A DNA stretch of 63,999 nt, counting the filler, from Sphacelaria rigidula (lineage: Eukaryota), in NCBI GenBank assembly GCA_964200075.2. It is 5 parts of 5 records of this genome, joined end to end, with 100 filler letters (N's around TTAATTAATTAA, not from the genome) between each part and the next. Parts side by side here need not be neighbours in the genome. Positions count along the whole stretch, not along the records: positions 25,667 to 38,397 come from CAXNAA020003462.1; positions 38,498 to 51,228 come from CAXNAA020003463.1; 3 more parts are not named here. One strand, 5' to 3'. Below the pieces are notes generated by a model, which ran no database searches, was not told the origin of the DNA, and worked only from the letters and a program-made list of their open reading frames with translations. Made by a program: the position numbers and the translations under genes. Below are positions 26,528-39,144 of this stretch, piece by piece; the stretch's first letter is position 1; every line of letters starts with the position of its first letter.

Positions 26528-29500
26528 GTGGAATGGCAACACTTCAAGCAAGCAGTGGACAATTTGAGCAGGTTCAACCTGCTGCTCATCTTGGATTTCG
26601 TGTCTGATGAAATGTGGGCGTTAGAGGAGACTTTGGGCTGGACCCAGCCTCGAAAACAGGTGTGTGTGTGGGTTTATGCTCCAATGTGTGAGATTCATGC
26701 TCTAGTGTACGTGTGTCATGCTGTGGTATGTTTGCATCATCCTATGGTGTCTTTTTCATGTTCCACTACATGTGCGTCATACTCAAAATGTGTGTCATGC
26801 TCTAGTGTATGTGCGCCATGCTCCGGTGTATGCTTGTCACGCTCGAATACGAATGAGTCATTCGTGCAATGTATATTAGTCATGCTATGTGCGCGTCATG
26901 CTCCGGTGTGTCTGCGTCGTACTCCAGTGTTTGCGAGTACGACTGCCATGTCGGGTCCCGTCTGCTGTTGGCACGAGCAAAATATTCGAAAACGTGCATT
27001 GTTTCGTACCACGACCGTAGGGTGATCCAGTACAGAGTAGAGGACTCCCTGTTGCCTGTTTTACCCCTCCCTGCCTCCCTCAACGCAATCATTGGTCCCC
27101 CACCAACCAGAGTACACCCTCCGTCCCTACCCACGCACAGGATCCACACGTTGCATATGACCCCCCTGTTTGAATGCCATATCTGGGTAATGCATTTTCG
27201 CCTGTTCTTCAAACCGTAGAGATGTTGGCATCTGCGATACTTTACAGGGATACGTCGTATATCACCCCCTGAACACTCCCGGGTGATGATTGTATCACCC
27301 CCGGGTCCCAAAACGTACTTTAATATAGTCTGTAGTTTATGGGAATAAGACATATCTACCCCTGCGCTTGCCGTGCACTTGTACTACGCGTATGAAGCGC
27401 TGGGCAGAGATTTGTCGAGCATCGGATTAGCACTTGAGGACCCTCTTCACTTTCATCGATGTGTTGTAGTTCATGTTATTCGTGTGCTCATCCACTCTCA
27501 CCCTTTGGTGTTGTTTGCTCGATGCATTCTATCTCGTTTATTTTCGTTTCCAACTTAGCCTTGTTTTTTCTTGATATTCTCTTGATTTCAGCTGCTGATA
27601 CCCCGGTATGTACATGCAAACTACACTATTTAACACCGGTGTCTGTACGGTGCTGTGGCGCCCACCAGGTGCTGCCTCACGAGGGCCAAGCTATGCGAGA
27701 AGACAAGAAGTCCATCTCCGCAAAAGAGGCGCTGCACCCCAATGTGTGGAAAGATGTGAGTTTTTTTCCGTTTTTTTTTTGTCTCGAGAACATAATCGGT
27801 CATCTAGATCGACGTACCGGGAGAGAGGTGGGTTGCTCCCTGGAAACCACGGACTGGTCCCGAGAAATGGGAGAGGTGAATTGTGTGACGACAAAAAANN
27901 NNNNNNNNAAAGAAAAAAGAGCAAAAAAAGGGAAAGAAAAAAAAAACAAAAAAAAAAAAAAAAAAAAAACAGGTGTTATTCCTCTCATATCCATGTTGTG
28001 CAGGCGGGGGCCGCGCGGACTCCGTCGGTTAAATTGTGACGTCATCGGTCAATTTGGGGGGAGTTTTAGCTCGGTTGGTGAAACGAGAGATAAAACCAGG
28101 AAGGACAGAAGACAAAAAGGGATTAGCATAGCCACCAAACGAGGGTCAACTCCAAACAACCCCAGGCACCCTCGTCGACAACGACCACAGCTGTTTGGAA
28201 AGACGGCAAATGCACTAGCGAGTGTACCACCCCATGGGTTACTAATTACTTTCCGAAGGTCCTCTCGGTAGGCACTGGGGGAACTCTAGTGGTAGCACAG
28301 CACACAATTTCTGAGCATGGCGTGCTTTGGTCCAGGCTGCCATGTACATGTTAGCCTCCTCCTCTACGACTCGGGATATTTTGGACACACATCTTGGGCA
28401 ACCTGCGTCCGCGATGTCGCGTTTATTCCGACGTACGAACAACATTCCATGATAATTTTGTAGGCGTCTTCCTGGTCGGCCCGCCTTCGTCTTCCCTCCA
28501 ACCACCACTTCACGCATGACGATGTCGGGGAGGCGTTCATCGTGCATATGCACAACGCGGCCGGCGTGTAGGAGGGTTCGTTTTGTCAGCGTGACCTCGA
28601 TGCACTCGCAGCTAGTTCTTTCCTGAGCACACTGAAAACTCACGAACTTGAGCAGCGAAATGACGCGGAGGTAGGCATGAAGCACCGGCACGGGATATAG
28701 GCGATGATCGCAGGTCCAGAGTGAGGACTTGAATGGTGAGAATCTTGGGAAACGAATTGTGGAGAGAGGCCCCTTCACACCGGAAAACAGTGGGCTTCGT
28801 CACATCAAATCAATACGTACGTGGACCTGCCTCCGCACGACCTGTACCTCTACGCTATATGCCTTCCGCCAGAACTCTTCGATCGCATACCCAAGATAGA
28901 ACTCACGTGTGAATACATGATATTTTCACACATCGTCTAGCTCATGAGCTACCTAAATATTACTTCTTGTTCGTGTACTGATCCAGATCATGCGCTCAGC
29001 TCATGTGGTCCCTTTTCCCACATGTGCTCCCTAGAGCACTGTACGCCTAGCACGTGGAGTAGCGCGAAGGTAGCGCTTCGGCTCCCTCTCGGACCCCGTT
29101 GTCACGTCTTTCGTGTTTTTTTTTAAGTAAATGAAATTTGGTACGCGATATGGATATCAGAACATAAATGCAGTTGCCGGGGCAGTCAAGATACTCGCTC
29201 CCCCGGGGTAATAAACCTATCTTGGGCTCGGATCTATGCCGTTGTAAAACCCGATCGTAGTACAGTACAGCATCGAGGCTAGTTAACCGGCGTTGGGCTA
29301 CAAATGTACATGTTCGACACAATTTATCAAGTATCGCTACCCCTAACCCTAAACCCTGACCCCAACCCAACACATACCGAGAACCCTCGGGCAAGGGCGG
29401 CACACTGCATTCCCTGAGCAGAGTACGGCCTCGGTAGACCCCGAATCGGCGCCTGTGGCGCCGATTTCAACTAAAACGCGCTCGGCGCACGCGGGGAGCG

Positions 29501-32016
29501 CACGGCACTGTCAGCCGTACTAAAGATCCGATTTTCGTTGTACACACTCAAGTCAAGTAATATCAACCATGGGCATTTGTAGCCCAACACGAGTCAACAC
29601 TACTGACAGCATTCTGCGGCGCGGTGGTCTAATAGTCCACCTGACACCATTAGGGTGGGAAGAAGGCGGGTTCGATCCACGCCAGATTTCTCCAACTTTT
29701 TACTTTCTTCGAAGTGTCTGATATTCGCTGTTGGACGTGTGAGCACGCGAGAAGCACGAAAAGGTTGACTGCGTGTTTGTTTGACGCGAATTGACGCGAT
29801 GCGGGAGAGTTGGTCATGGTCCACTCTGTGGGACCAAAAATGCAAGGCATGTACCAGGGGGGGGGGGGGGCGTACTCATTTGTTGCTTGCCTTAGTCGTT
29901 TGACCATTGACCACGCAACCCTTTCGAGACGGAGCACCGTGCATGTACCAGGGGAGAGATGGGTTGATCCCTTGAGATCACAGACTCGTCCCGAGGAAGT
30001 AGAAGAGGACGGGTTCAAGGTGTGACGAAACACAAGAGCAAATTATTAATACACGGAGGAGAAGAGGGGTTGTCCCCTGATACCACGGGCTTGTTCCAAG
30101 GAAGGGGACAGGTTTTCTACAGTGTGACAAGACGAGTAAAAACGGTTGATGTAGCTAAGCATAGCATGTAAACGAGGCAAAGCGTTACCCCGCACGGCTC
30201 CCTAAAATTACGCCAGAAGTATACATGCACTCATATTGCACGTGAAAAGCCCCCCCCTCCCCCCGCCCCTTTCCCTTCTCCTTCTCCATACCTACCCGCC
30301 ATGGTCGAAGTTGTGGGGGAACTGACCGGAGGCCAAATGTGTTCGATCCGCCCCTGTCCCAAGCGAGGCTCCAGCATCCATGTACTGGAGATGCAAAGCG
30401 CCCGTAGTCGAAATCGGTCGCTATCCCCATGGATGATCCAATCGTGTTTGTAGAATTCCTACGCTCCGTTGCAGCTTGGGCTAATCTACACTGTCCCCGC
30501 GCGCGGGCCACAATACGGTTTTTGTCCTCTCTCATCGCTGCACTGTATGAAAAAAAGTGAAATGATCGTTCTGTTGTGCCCGGGGGTACTGCTCTGTATA
30601 TGTCTTCCCCCTTTATTCAAGTCTACGTTTTGCTTGCTTGCTGTCCAAAGTCACCCACACGTCCAAACATTGTTCGTGCTCCCTAAATACACGATAACAT
30701 TTATCGCCATTCGCATGTGAAACTCGTTTTCGAAACTTCGGGTCTGAAGCCCTGGCTGTGTGATGTTGGTTCTATCCTCAGGATCAAGACTGCTTCTCCC
30801 CCTGGCGTCTTTCCTGTTCCTCCAGTTTCCACTCTTCTTTTTTTACCCCTTACCTTAACGCTTTTCCAGTTTACTCTTAACTTTTTTGTCCATCTCTCTT
30901 TTCGCATGCATGCATGCCCCCCCCCCCCCTTTCCTCGAGTTGTGTTGAGCGAATAGTTTTCGTGAAAATATATTTTCGAGTACCTTTAAGGACTGTACTT
31001 GTATTTTGTGATCAGTTTGGGCGCGATAATCATGAGTTTTCCCATCATACACACGTCAGGCTCGCTGTATCTCAGTTGATATCGAAGGTGCCCCCATCAA
31101 GCTAGGCGGTCTGTGAAGAAAAATATCACGGAAAATTCCCGACACGGGGACGCGTTCCCGTCTCGCCCCGGAGTTGTTTGGCGACGGAGGAACACGCTCT
31201 CGTCTCGCCCTGCCCTCACGGAAAAATCACGGACATTTTTCAGAGAAATTTCCATCAGATTGGACGGGACTTCCCGTGATCGAAACGGTGATTGCGATCC
31301 GATCTGACGAGAGGTTGGGAAAATCTTTGCACATGCGGAACGAGGAGACATATTTTGATGTTCGAGTTCCGGTCCTTTCCACACAGTCCATTCTTACAAT
31401 TCAGGTGAATTTATCAATGATCACGAGTTTCGTCGTCGGGGCTTGTCATGGGACTTCGAGACGGGACAGGCAGGACGGAGATTCCCGTGTCCCCGACGAC
31501 CACGGGATGGGACGGAACATTTCCCGGTCATTTTCATTCGTCGAGCCAAGGGTTGTCGTCGGATGTTAGTACCTCAAAACCGGTTGTTCCCTCGTGCATG
31601 TGTCCAAGCATCGCTGAACCAAACTGTGGTGCCATCGCGCTTGTTTCGGGGGGTCTATACGTTCTCGCGAGGACGGAACAAGACGGGACAAGGATACACG
31701 TCCCGTCACTCTCCGAAATTTTGCGTTCCGTCCCGTAGCCATTCGGGGGGACGGCAATGCTCACCCTCAAGTCCCTCACAAGCCCTACCATAGAAGCGCA
31801 TTAAACGTGTAACGCATACATTTATCCCACCCCTTATTTTTGTGATTTGTCATCGCTTTTTCTCCGCTGTTTCGAATTCTTGGACAGGTCCAGCAGGCAA
31901 ACGTGTTCGATCTGCTGCTCTTTCACTGGGCCAAACGTATGTATCTGGAAAGAAGCGCCTGTCGACATGAAGCAGGAAACACACCACTCCCGGCTGGAAC
32001 TCGCACACGCACATGA
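26528..32016 (+). CDS. Sulfotransferase-like protein, last three exons (5' part not in this contig)
   Basis: Phase-0 exons 26528-26659 (VEWQHFKQAVDNLSRFNLLLILDF..LEETLGW), 27669-27755 (VLPHEGQA..ALHPNVWKD) and 31888-32016 (VQQANVFDLLLFHWAKRMY..stop). The A-x3-L-x2-F-x-hydrophobic and N-x2-D-x2-L-[YF]-x2-A patterns resemble the C-terminus of Golgi carbohydrate sulfotransferases. Confidence 0.75.
26675..26940. repeat. Degenerate ~21-bp minisatellite (TCATGCTCYRGTGTATGTGYG)
   Basis: About a dozen diverged units directly after the donor site. Confidence 0.7.
28300..28700 (-). mobile_element. Degenerate RTE-clade LINE ORF C-terminal fragment
   Basis: The minus-strand peptide ERTSCECIEVTLTKRTLLHAGRVVHMHDERLPDIVMREVVVGGKTKAGRPGRR..VEEEANMYMAAW matches the RTE post-RT pattern RRL.(W/F)AG.v.RM.d.RLPK.vm.g...gg.R..GRP. 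Confidence 0.75.
29229..29530. mobile_element. ~300-bp MITE-like element with CGGATCT TIRs and internal telomere-like repeats
   Basis: CGGATCT..AGATCCG ends and internal CCCTAACCCTAAACCCTGACCCCAACCCAA. Homologous copies at 38790-38964 and 41017-41290. Confidence 0.7.
29616..30025 (+). mobile_element. tRNA-derived SINE, interrupted by a poly(C)-tailed insertion
   Basis: Head GCGCGGTGGTCTAATAG (A box) ..GGTTCGATCC (B box). The body and 3' part (GATGGGTTGATCCCTTGAGA..GACTCGTCCCGAG) are shared with the copy at 50870-51151. Confidence 0.8.
29861..29940 (-). mobile_element. 5'-truncated poly(C)-tailed retroposon with 14-bp TSD
   Basis: Flanked by GCATGTACCAGGGG at 29847-29860 and 29941-29954. Homologous to 33682-33752 and 52413-52609. 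Confidence 0.85.
31103..31787. mobile_element. hAT-like non-autonomous element rich in TCCCG/CGGGA subrepeats
   Basis: Ends TAGGCGGTCTGTGA / TCACAAGCCCTA with many GACGGGA/TCCCGTC motifs. Only a degenerate TSD (CCATCAAGC vs CCATAGAAGC). Confidence 0.55.
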
Positions 32017-33681
32017 GGAAGCGGAGGGGGAGGAGGGTGGCGAGGGAGGGAAGCATCCCGTACTACTCTACGGGGTGGTATAAGTTGTCGCCACAAACGA
32101 GGTTTTAACGGGGGTTGACGTGAAACAGTCCACCCCAGGCTGGCATTCTCGAGGGGACGCAATGGCGTCAAGCTCGTACTGATACGTATCGCTGAATCCT
32201 GACGCAAGAACACATCTGCTAGGCGGTGCTCTTTGCTGGCTCAACGAAGGTGGCTGCCGCGAGCGACAATTCAGTCGAGCCCCCTCTCCCCCAAGTCTCC
32301 ACTGTGAGATGGCTCGCGTTCGATGGGAAATCTCGGTACTGCACGTGGGCCCACAAACCGAGACATCCTGTTAAACCTATGGTGTGAGCAATGTACCTGA
32401 CCGGTGGTGGGCCCGGGTTAGTGTCAGCATGGGGCTGCCAATTGTGTGCTGAGTATTTGCAGGTACAGTGCAATACGCGTGGCCATCCGTATAGAAGGTA
32501 TTCCCCCGCCCCACCCCCCCCACCCCTCCCTCGCGCTGCCAGATGTTTCGACGGGGAGGCGCGGTGCCTTTTCTGGGGTGTGGTCGAGTGTTTATTAGTT
32601 GTGGTAATAATGGTGCGCACGTTTATGGATAGAACAGAGCACTGGATATACCCGTGTTAGCGGTGAACGAAGCTTGATTCGTGGCCGCTGGCTGCCCTGT
32701 ACGCATGTATTTGCAACAAAAACTGTGCGGCGGGATGAGATTTGTAGCTTGTTGTCTGTGTGTGACGTTATGTAACGCCAAGAACTCGATAGAATTGATC
32801 TATTCCCCGCGTGTAACAGTGAGAGCGACATGTGACGGTGCGCGGGGTATTGCGTCATGTTAGGAAGTGTAAAGCATACGGTCCTAACTTGGCTTCTCTT
32901 GATTCAAAAAGGTTGTTTGTACACACGACCGTTGACGTGAGACCTACCCCCGTTGAAGTGCGAATACGTCTGCCATCAAGTTCGTCCCATGTATATGGCC
33001 ACTGTGGACCATTTATCTGCGCGCTTGTTAATCATGCACTGATGTTCTTGTAGAGCAGGTTCATCCTCTGAGTGGCTCGTAGCTGAAAGGGGTTGGATAT
33101 CCATCGTTTCTAGAGTAGTTAGAAGGGGCCCTCGTGTGGTGGCAGCAGTGGTTTGGGGTTGTGCGGTTAAGGTGGTTTGATGCGTTGATGGAGGGGTGAC
33201 ATGATGGAAGGCAGTTGTGTGTCAATCGGGAATGTAGCGAAGACGTCATTCAGTCATTTTGAGTACGCTGAAGCCCCCTCGTGGGTGATAATTTCCCGCA
33301 AGGATGTTAGGTTAGGTGGGGCATGGGTGGGGTACGGGTAGGGTTCGGGTAGAGCGCAGCCGAAGGGACTCCGGGGAATACTTGATACTCTTTCTCCAGT
33401 CGATGGTGAAGGGGCCCTGAGGGTACGCGGTGCCCGCTAGAAATAACCCGTAAAGAAACCCAGGGGAACTTCTCGGGTACGGTGGCCTACCCTGTTCACC
33501 TACGCAATTTTATTAGAAACCGCGCGATGTCGACACTTGCTATGGTACTCAAGTTTTCCTGGGCACCGCCGACGCATCCATACTGGTCAGTGCTGCCAAG
33601 ATGCAGTAGGCTAAGGGTTGTGCCACTGCGTACAACACCTCCGGTATTTCGCGGAAACCGCTCCCCCCCCCCCTCCCCTTC

Positions 33682-33752
33682 CTCCGTCTCGAAAGGGATG
33701 CGTGGTCGATGGTCAAACGACTAAGGCAAGCGACAAATGAGTACGCTCCCCC
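33682..33752 (+). mobile_element. Poly(C)-tailed retroposon, short copy
   Basis: CTCCGTCTCGAAAGGGATGCGTGGTCGATGGTCAAACGACTAAGGCAAGCGACAAATGAGTACGCTCCCCC, lying between C-runs. Confidence 0.8.
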
Positions 33753-36554
33753 ACCCGCCCCGCCCCTCCGCTCGGCGAAACCGTGCTCAAGTCATGCATT
33801 ATAACCGTTATATGCTCATTTCATGTCAGCGTGTGTCGAGTCTGTTGTTGATTTCCCTGATTTCTTGTTTGTTTTGTTGTTTATTTGCGGTTATCGCGTT
33901 CATATTTTTCATCATCGTGTTTTTTGTTCCCATTCGGCGCTGGCTGCGTGAGTGTTGTTCTGTTTCCTTGCTTGGTATTTGTTGGCCACAACATCCATGT
34001 AACGATTGAGCGGTGTGGCGTTTTTTTTTCTTCGTGTATGTGTGTCTGTGCGTATTTCTTGTGTCCGTGGTTGTGTTTGCTTCTCGTATATTTTTTTGTC
34101 ATGTAGTGGCGTTTTCTTTTCTTTAGCACGTGTCTTGTCTGATGCACATGCGGTGTAAAGGATGACATGTGGGTGGCCTTGTCCGCCCTACAGAGCATGT
34201 GTGCTCTGACTTGTGTGCAACCTTTTGTCGAAGGAAAAATAGTGGGGGATGGGAGGGGGGGGGCAGTCGTTTTGTTACCGTAATCTTGCCATGGTACGGA
34301 TACTGCGCTGCTCAGCGAGAGAAGGTGATGGATATCTGGAACGCTTCGCTCCCCCATATCGTGGCAGAAAACGTCTCAGCCGTGGGGTATATGTACCTGC
34401 TGCGCTGCTCGAAGACACAGAGAGGGAGAAGAGATTCTTCACGCACTTTTTGTGGCCAGAGAATGACCCGTGAATGTTGAACTTCGCCCCTTGTTCGTGG
34501 AATTTTGCTTGTGATTCTCGTTGTTCACGTTCTGACCAAAGCTCATAAAATAGACATGGACAAAAAACGTGTGTGTAGGGGGGGGGAAAGTGTGACTTAT
34601 GAAATCATGGCTGAAGATGATAACTCATACACGCCTTATTGATTTTCGCCGTAAAGCCGCACACAGGATCCTGGAGTTTGAGTATTTTTGGCGGGAGGGA
34701 AGGGGGGAAAGTTACTGATGTACTTCACACCCTATGATAAAGGTGTTTGCGATATGCGCTGAGCGCCGTCATACAATCCAGAGAGAAACAAATAACAAAA
34801 CAGACTTGATGTGTTCTCCGTAATTGATACATAACAGGTCGCCCATCGCACATATATATATATATATGTTTGTGTGTGTACACCGTGTACGTGTGGCGTG
34901 CGAGTGGGGATAGGGTTGCGGCTTATATGGTAGCAGGCGATCTGATTCCTTCATTGTATCGGAATGATTTCTTGTTTTTTGCCAAAATGAAGATAGGCTG
35001 CGAATTTCCAGTGCCGGAATTTTGATGTGATCGAGGTCAAATGATAATAACGGGTACAACGTAAATTTTAACGTCATGTGTCGAGCCCACAGCTTGGGAG
35101 GGGAAAAGCGGTAGGATAGAGAATGGAGCGAGTTGTGGCGGTTTATAACCGCTCCGCTGGTGTGGTACTCTGATCTGACCTGATCTGGCGTGGTAATATG
35201 CGTGGTGGTGATCCGAACAGACCCAGTCCGATGATCTGGGCTGATTCGTCTCGATTTGATCTGATGTACCCTGGCGATCTGTTCCGATTCTACCGAACAT
35301 ATCGATGTGATCCGTGTTGACAATGTCATTGGTGTTGTGTTCAATTGTGGTGACCCGCCATGTATCATGTTATGTGCGGCGCACGGAGGATGTCCGGAGA
35401 GCGTGAAGTTGAGAGTCGGGAATTTGTGTCTTGTCCTTCATGTGCATTTTGATAATACAGATGATTGAAGAGGAAGCTGGTATTTTGAGTTGGGAGAGTT
35501 ATGGTATTGCTGATGCTGATCTCCTAAGGTGACCTATTCGATGGGAAAACAAGGCGATGATCTCTTGTTGATGTGTCATGGTGATCTAATGGTGAAAAAT
35601 GCCGTGGCGATTCCTTTTGGCGTGGTTTGTGATGATGATCTGACTTTGTTGTGTGTTTTTGTTCCTGTCTGTCTGTTTGTTTTGTCTGCTTGTGTTGTGT
35701 TGCATGCATGGAGCTGGGCATGGAAATTTCAGCAGAGAGTGTGCGGGCGGGTATCAATTTTCGCTCGCTCGTTTTTCGTTCGTGCATCCCATTGGCAGTA
35801 GGTGAAAAATGCCTGAGTCCATTTGAGTTTGGTAACGACGAGCGCGGTAAAATATGCACAAGTACGTATTTTGAAGGTGTTAAATCAATTTCACATGCGT
35901 TTCTTGTCGTGCTTCTTTCTTGCTCTTCATTGTTGCAGTTTTGTTTTTCAATTTTTCACAAGGGTCGCAGCTCATGTTGAAAAATATGGATACACGAGTC
36001 TTGGGATTTTTGGAGTCCTTGATGTATGAGATAGAACGATCAATACGGGAGTTGAGGGATTGAGATACAGCAGTACCCGAAACAAGCTGCGACAGGGAAC
36101 CATGTGTCCTGTAGGGTCAAGGTTTAAAGACTTGCGGGATAACCGTCCGTCGGGGGTCCTTCGAGTACACAGCCCCAGGTTCTTTCCTGGCTCCTGGATG
36201 CGTTATTTCAATCGAACGAATCCCAATTGTACCGGTGAAATATCTTCCTAGCTCAGTTTTGATCATTTCCACAGAAAACGAGTTTCGGGCCGAAATACGT
36301 TTGATACCCCCCACGAAAATAGGCTTTGCCCTGCATTGCTCCGACAGCGTAAGATAGAAACAGCATGCCCGTGAAAATCGCATCACTCCGTTTTTATTCG
36401 CGGACCGCATCGTCGTTTCCTAGGATTTAGACATCCACGACGGACTATTCGCACTCACCCGATACTCCTAGAAACAATAATGCCACCCTCACTCGTGGAA
36501 ACAGCATACCGGGTCTAGTTTGTCAAGCCGATGGAGTCCGCGCAGCTGCTACCC

Positions 36555-36875
36555 ATTGTCAACAACGTATTCGTGAGATTGAGAGTAGAGCGCTGATTGA
36601 GATTGGCTTCGATCATTGGCTTAAACTTAGCCAATTTTGTATTCCGCGTGTGGTTCGCTTTGCCTCCATCACTAGCGTGTGCTTACAGCTACACGTCGGT
36701 ATCCTACTCAGGGATATCGAGGGCCTCAGTGGCAAGCTACTACAGAAGCATATCGGGGTCGTTCGGGAGCATTCCGGGACTGAAACGATTCATTCACTAA
36801 TTGACCGCTTTTCACTCTCAATCGTATCCTCTACTCTCAATCTCACGAAAACCTTGTTATTCGCCCGTTGTCGAC
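36555..36875. repeat. Inverted-repeat pair (MITE-like)
   Basis: TTCGTGAGATTGAGAGTAGAG (~36570) and its reverse complement CTCTACTCTCAATCTCACGAA (~36828). Confidence 0.55.
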
Positions 36876-37647
36876 CATAACAGCATGTGCATTGAAAACG
36901 AATGGAACATATTCCGTTGTTCGGTCGGATTCGGGAAAAAACCGACGCAGTTTCATCGATCGCATGTTGTCGAGGTGGCAAACTAGGCACGACAAATCAT
37001 TTGTGCGAAAAAAAAGGCATCATCGTGGCTTCGGAGTTCACTTACTGAGTACTCCGTCGCGTGGTGCTCTGCCTAAATAAGCATCACGTTACTCATCACC
37101 AGCGTTGAGAATCGAACGGAATAAAAAGGTCGATACGCTTTTCAAATACCGACGAGGAAACGTCGATATCGATCTTCTTGTAATCAATACTCGGAAAATG
37201 GCCAATCACTTTTCTGATTTTCTGCGCCTTATTTGCGTTGGATCACCGATTTCAGACTTTGATTCCCTTGCTTCCAACCAATATGCGTCGGCCGCTACTG
37301 ATCTTGCCGTTTTTCTTTGGAGTCCCCGAGATAGAAGCTCTGCTCCCTGTTGTACCTCCCGGGTTTTCTCCTTCGTTTTGCTAAGACGCCGAAGCAATCT
37401 GTGCTTCTTCGTTGATCGCTAGCACGCCGAAGCAGTTTGTGCTCCCGCGTTCCTAAGCAGTTTTTCTGCTCCTCAAAGCAGTATATGCTTCCCTTATTTT
37501 TCCCGGTGTGGGAGTGTGGGTACGGGAGTTCCTTTGGTGTGCCTCATTAGCCGCCCCTGACTTTACGAGTAAAGAAAATCCTTAGTTTTCGCTGCTTTTG
37601 AGGATAAATCCTCGCAGCTGTAATGAAGGTTAGTCTGGGTGGGTTGG

Positions 37648-37992
37648 TGTCATGTGGAATTATATTAGCCTATTATCATGCTGCCTCAGACCCGTTGACA
37701 TATCTAGCTAGATGGTATGGTATTTCAGGATTGTTCCAAGATTGTAGGCCTGTTCAGAGTTGGTCAGAAACGCGTATGAACTCGTATATAGCGAGGGATG
37801 ATAGTCCATGGGATCGCCTTCGGTAATCACATCGCTTCATCCCGATAAGGAAACCCTCACATCTCCGGTGACACCGATTGTTTGAGCGAGAGAGATTGAG
37901 CACTGATAAGTACTTAGGAGATCAAGGAATTCAGCAATCAAGAAGTGATACCATGATCACCTGCGCGTGAAACTGATTTGATACCTAGGACA
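37648..37992 (+). mobile_element. Candidate LTR (solo or 3' LTR)
   Basis: TGTC...GACA termini preceded by the G-rich tract GGGTGGGTTGG (PPT-like). No partner LTR or pol ORF seen. Confidence 0.35.
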
Positions 37993-38267
37993 CAGAGCAT
38001 CAGCGTCGTACGCTGTAGAACCGTTCTTTGCCCCTCAGCTGGTGTGCGAGGCCTCTTGTCTGGTCCTACTGCCTTTCTAGTGAGGCGTGTCTACCATACA
38101 CCTGGCTGAACCCCATTACATGTTTCTGGAGGGTTATTTTTTCGAAAAAAAAGTCGGGCGATGATGTTAATGCACTACGAGCTGGACCAGCTGACAGTGA
38201 TTTGCGAATGTACCCGGGCCGGGCGGTGGGCAATCCGAGGCGTTGGGCGCTGAATTTGTGACACAAC

Positions 38268-38386
38268 AGACACTTTCTACGATAGCCCCCCCCCCAAACC
38301 AGCTAAAAGTGTCACGAAAAAAATTGCCATGCAGCGCCTGATGTTCGAGTTCAGGCTACACGAAGCGCTTCATGTTGGCGACATTT
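38268..38386 (-). repeat. Dispersed repeat at contig end (inverted relative to 25677-25793)
   Basis: Reverse-complement match to 25677-25793. Confidence 0.85.
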
Positions 38387-38397
38387 TTTTTTTTTTT

Positions 38398-38497
38398 NNN
38401 NNNNNNNNNNNNNNNNNNNNNNNNNNNNNNNNNNNNNNNNNTTAATTAATTAANNNNNNNNNNNNNNNNNNNNNNNNNNNNNNNNNNNNNNNNNNNN
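38398..38497. other. Artificial contig spacer
   Basis: N44-TTAATTAATTAA-N44. Confidence 0.98.
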
Positions 38498-38789
38498 TTG
38501 CATGTGCCCCTGTCAACCGGACACGTATGTTCCCCTTTGAGGTGTCCGGAAATCCCCTCTCCAGAAGGGATATATATATTTTTGCGCGGGCGGGGGGGTT
38601 TGGGGGTGTATCTTAGCGACCAATAACCGGTCGTTTTCCAAAAAGGCGATTATTCCCTGAATTAAGAAGGGCCCTAACGTCAACCCAACGCATAACCCCC
38701 CCCCCCCGCCCCCCAACAAGGAGATTTGTGTTGCCACTGGATCAATTGGCTCTTGCAAGAAAAAAAATCGTAAGCATTTTGTTTCGAAT

Positions 38790-38964
38790 TAAGGTCAACC
38801 CTAACCCTAACATCAACCCGAGGCGTACGTAAAACCCTCAGGCGAGGGGGGGTGCGAAGTGTTCCCTAGGCGAAGTGCAGGGGTCGATTCTTGACGTAAA
38901 CGCGTTTTTTTTGCACACGCTTGGAGCACCTGGAATCATCGGATCAGCCCCACCAAACGATCCG
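38790..38964. mobile_element. Diverged copy of the telomere-repeat-containing MITE
   Basis: AACCCTAACCCTAA..AACCCTCAGGCGAGGG..ending GATCCG. Confidence 0.55.
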
Positions 38965-39144
38965 AATATCGGTGTCCACACTCAAACCAAGTTAATAAAA
39001 TTCCGGGGAAGTCCTGATCGACCAAGTGATACAACAAAACATTACTGCCGACGATAATGTCTTGTTGGCACAAGAAGCAGCGATGCCAACATCGACATCC
39101 AGGGCAAAACAAACGTGGTGACACGGCAACCAGCGACCACTCAC

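Noticed and set aside
24003..26528. Joining the SEC14 exons to the exons at 26528 onward
   Set aside because: They are separated by an artificial spacer between unrelated contigs, and the downstream exons belong to a different family.
29616..29690. Functional tRNA gene (also 51080-51151 and 56334-56403)
   Set aside because: A and B boxes are present but the cloverleaf stems do not pair, and the first two continue into a shared repeat body, so these are SINE heads.
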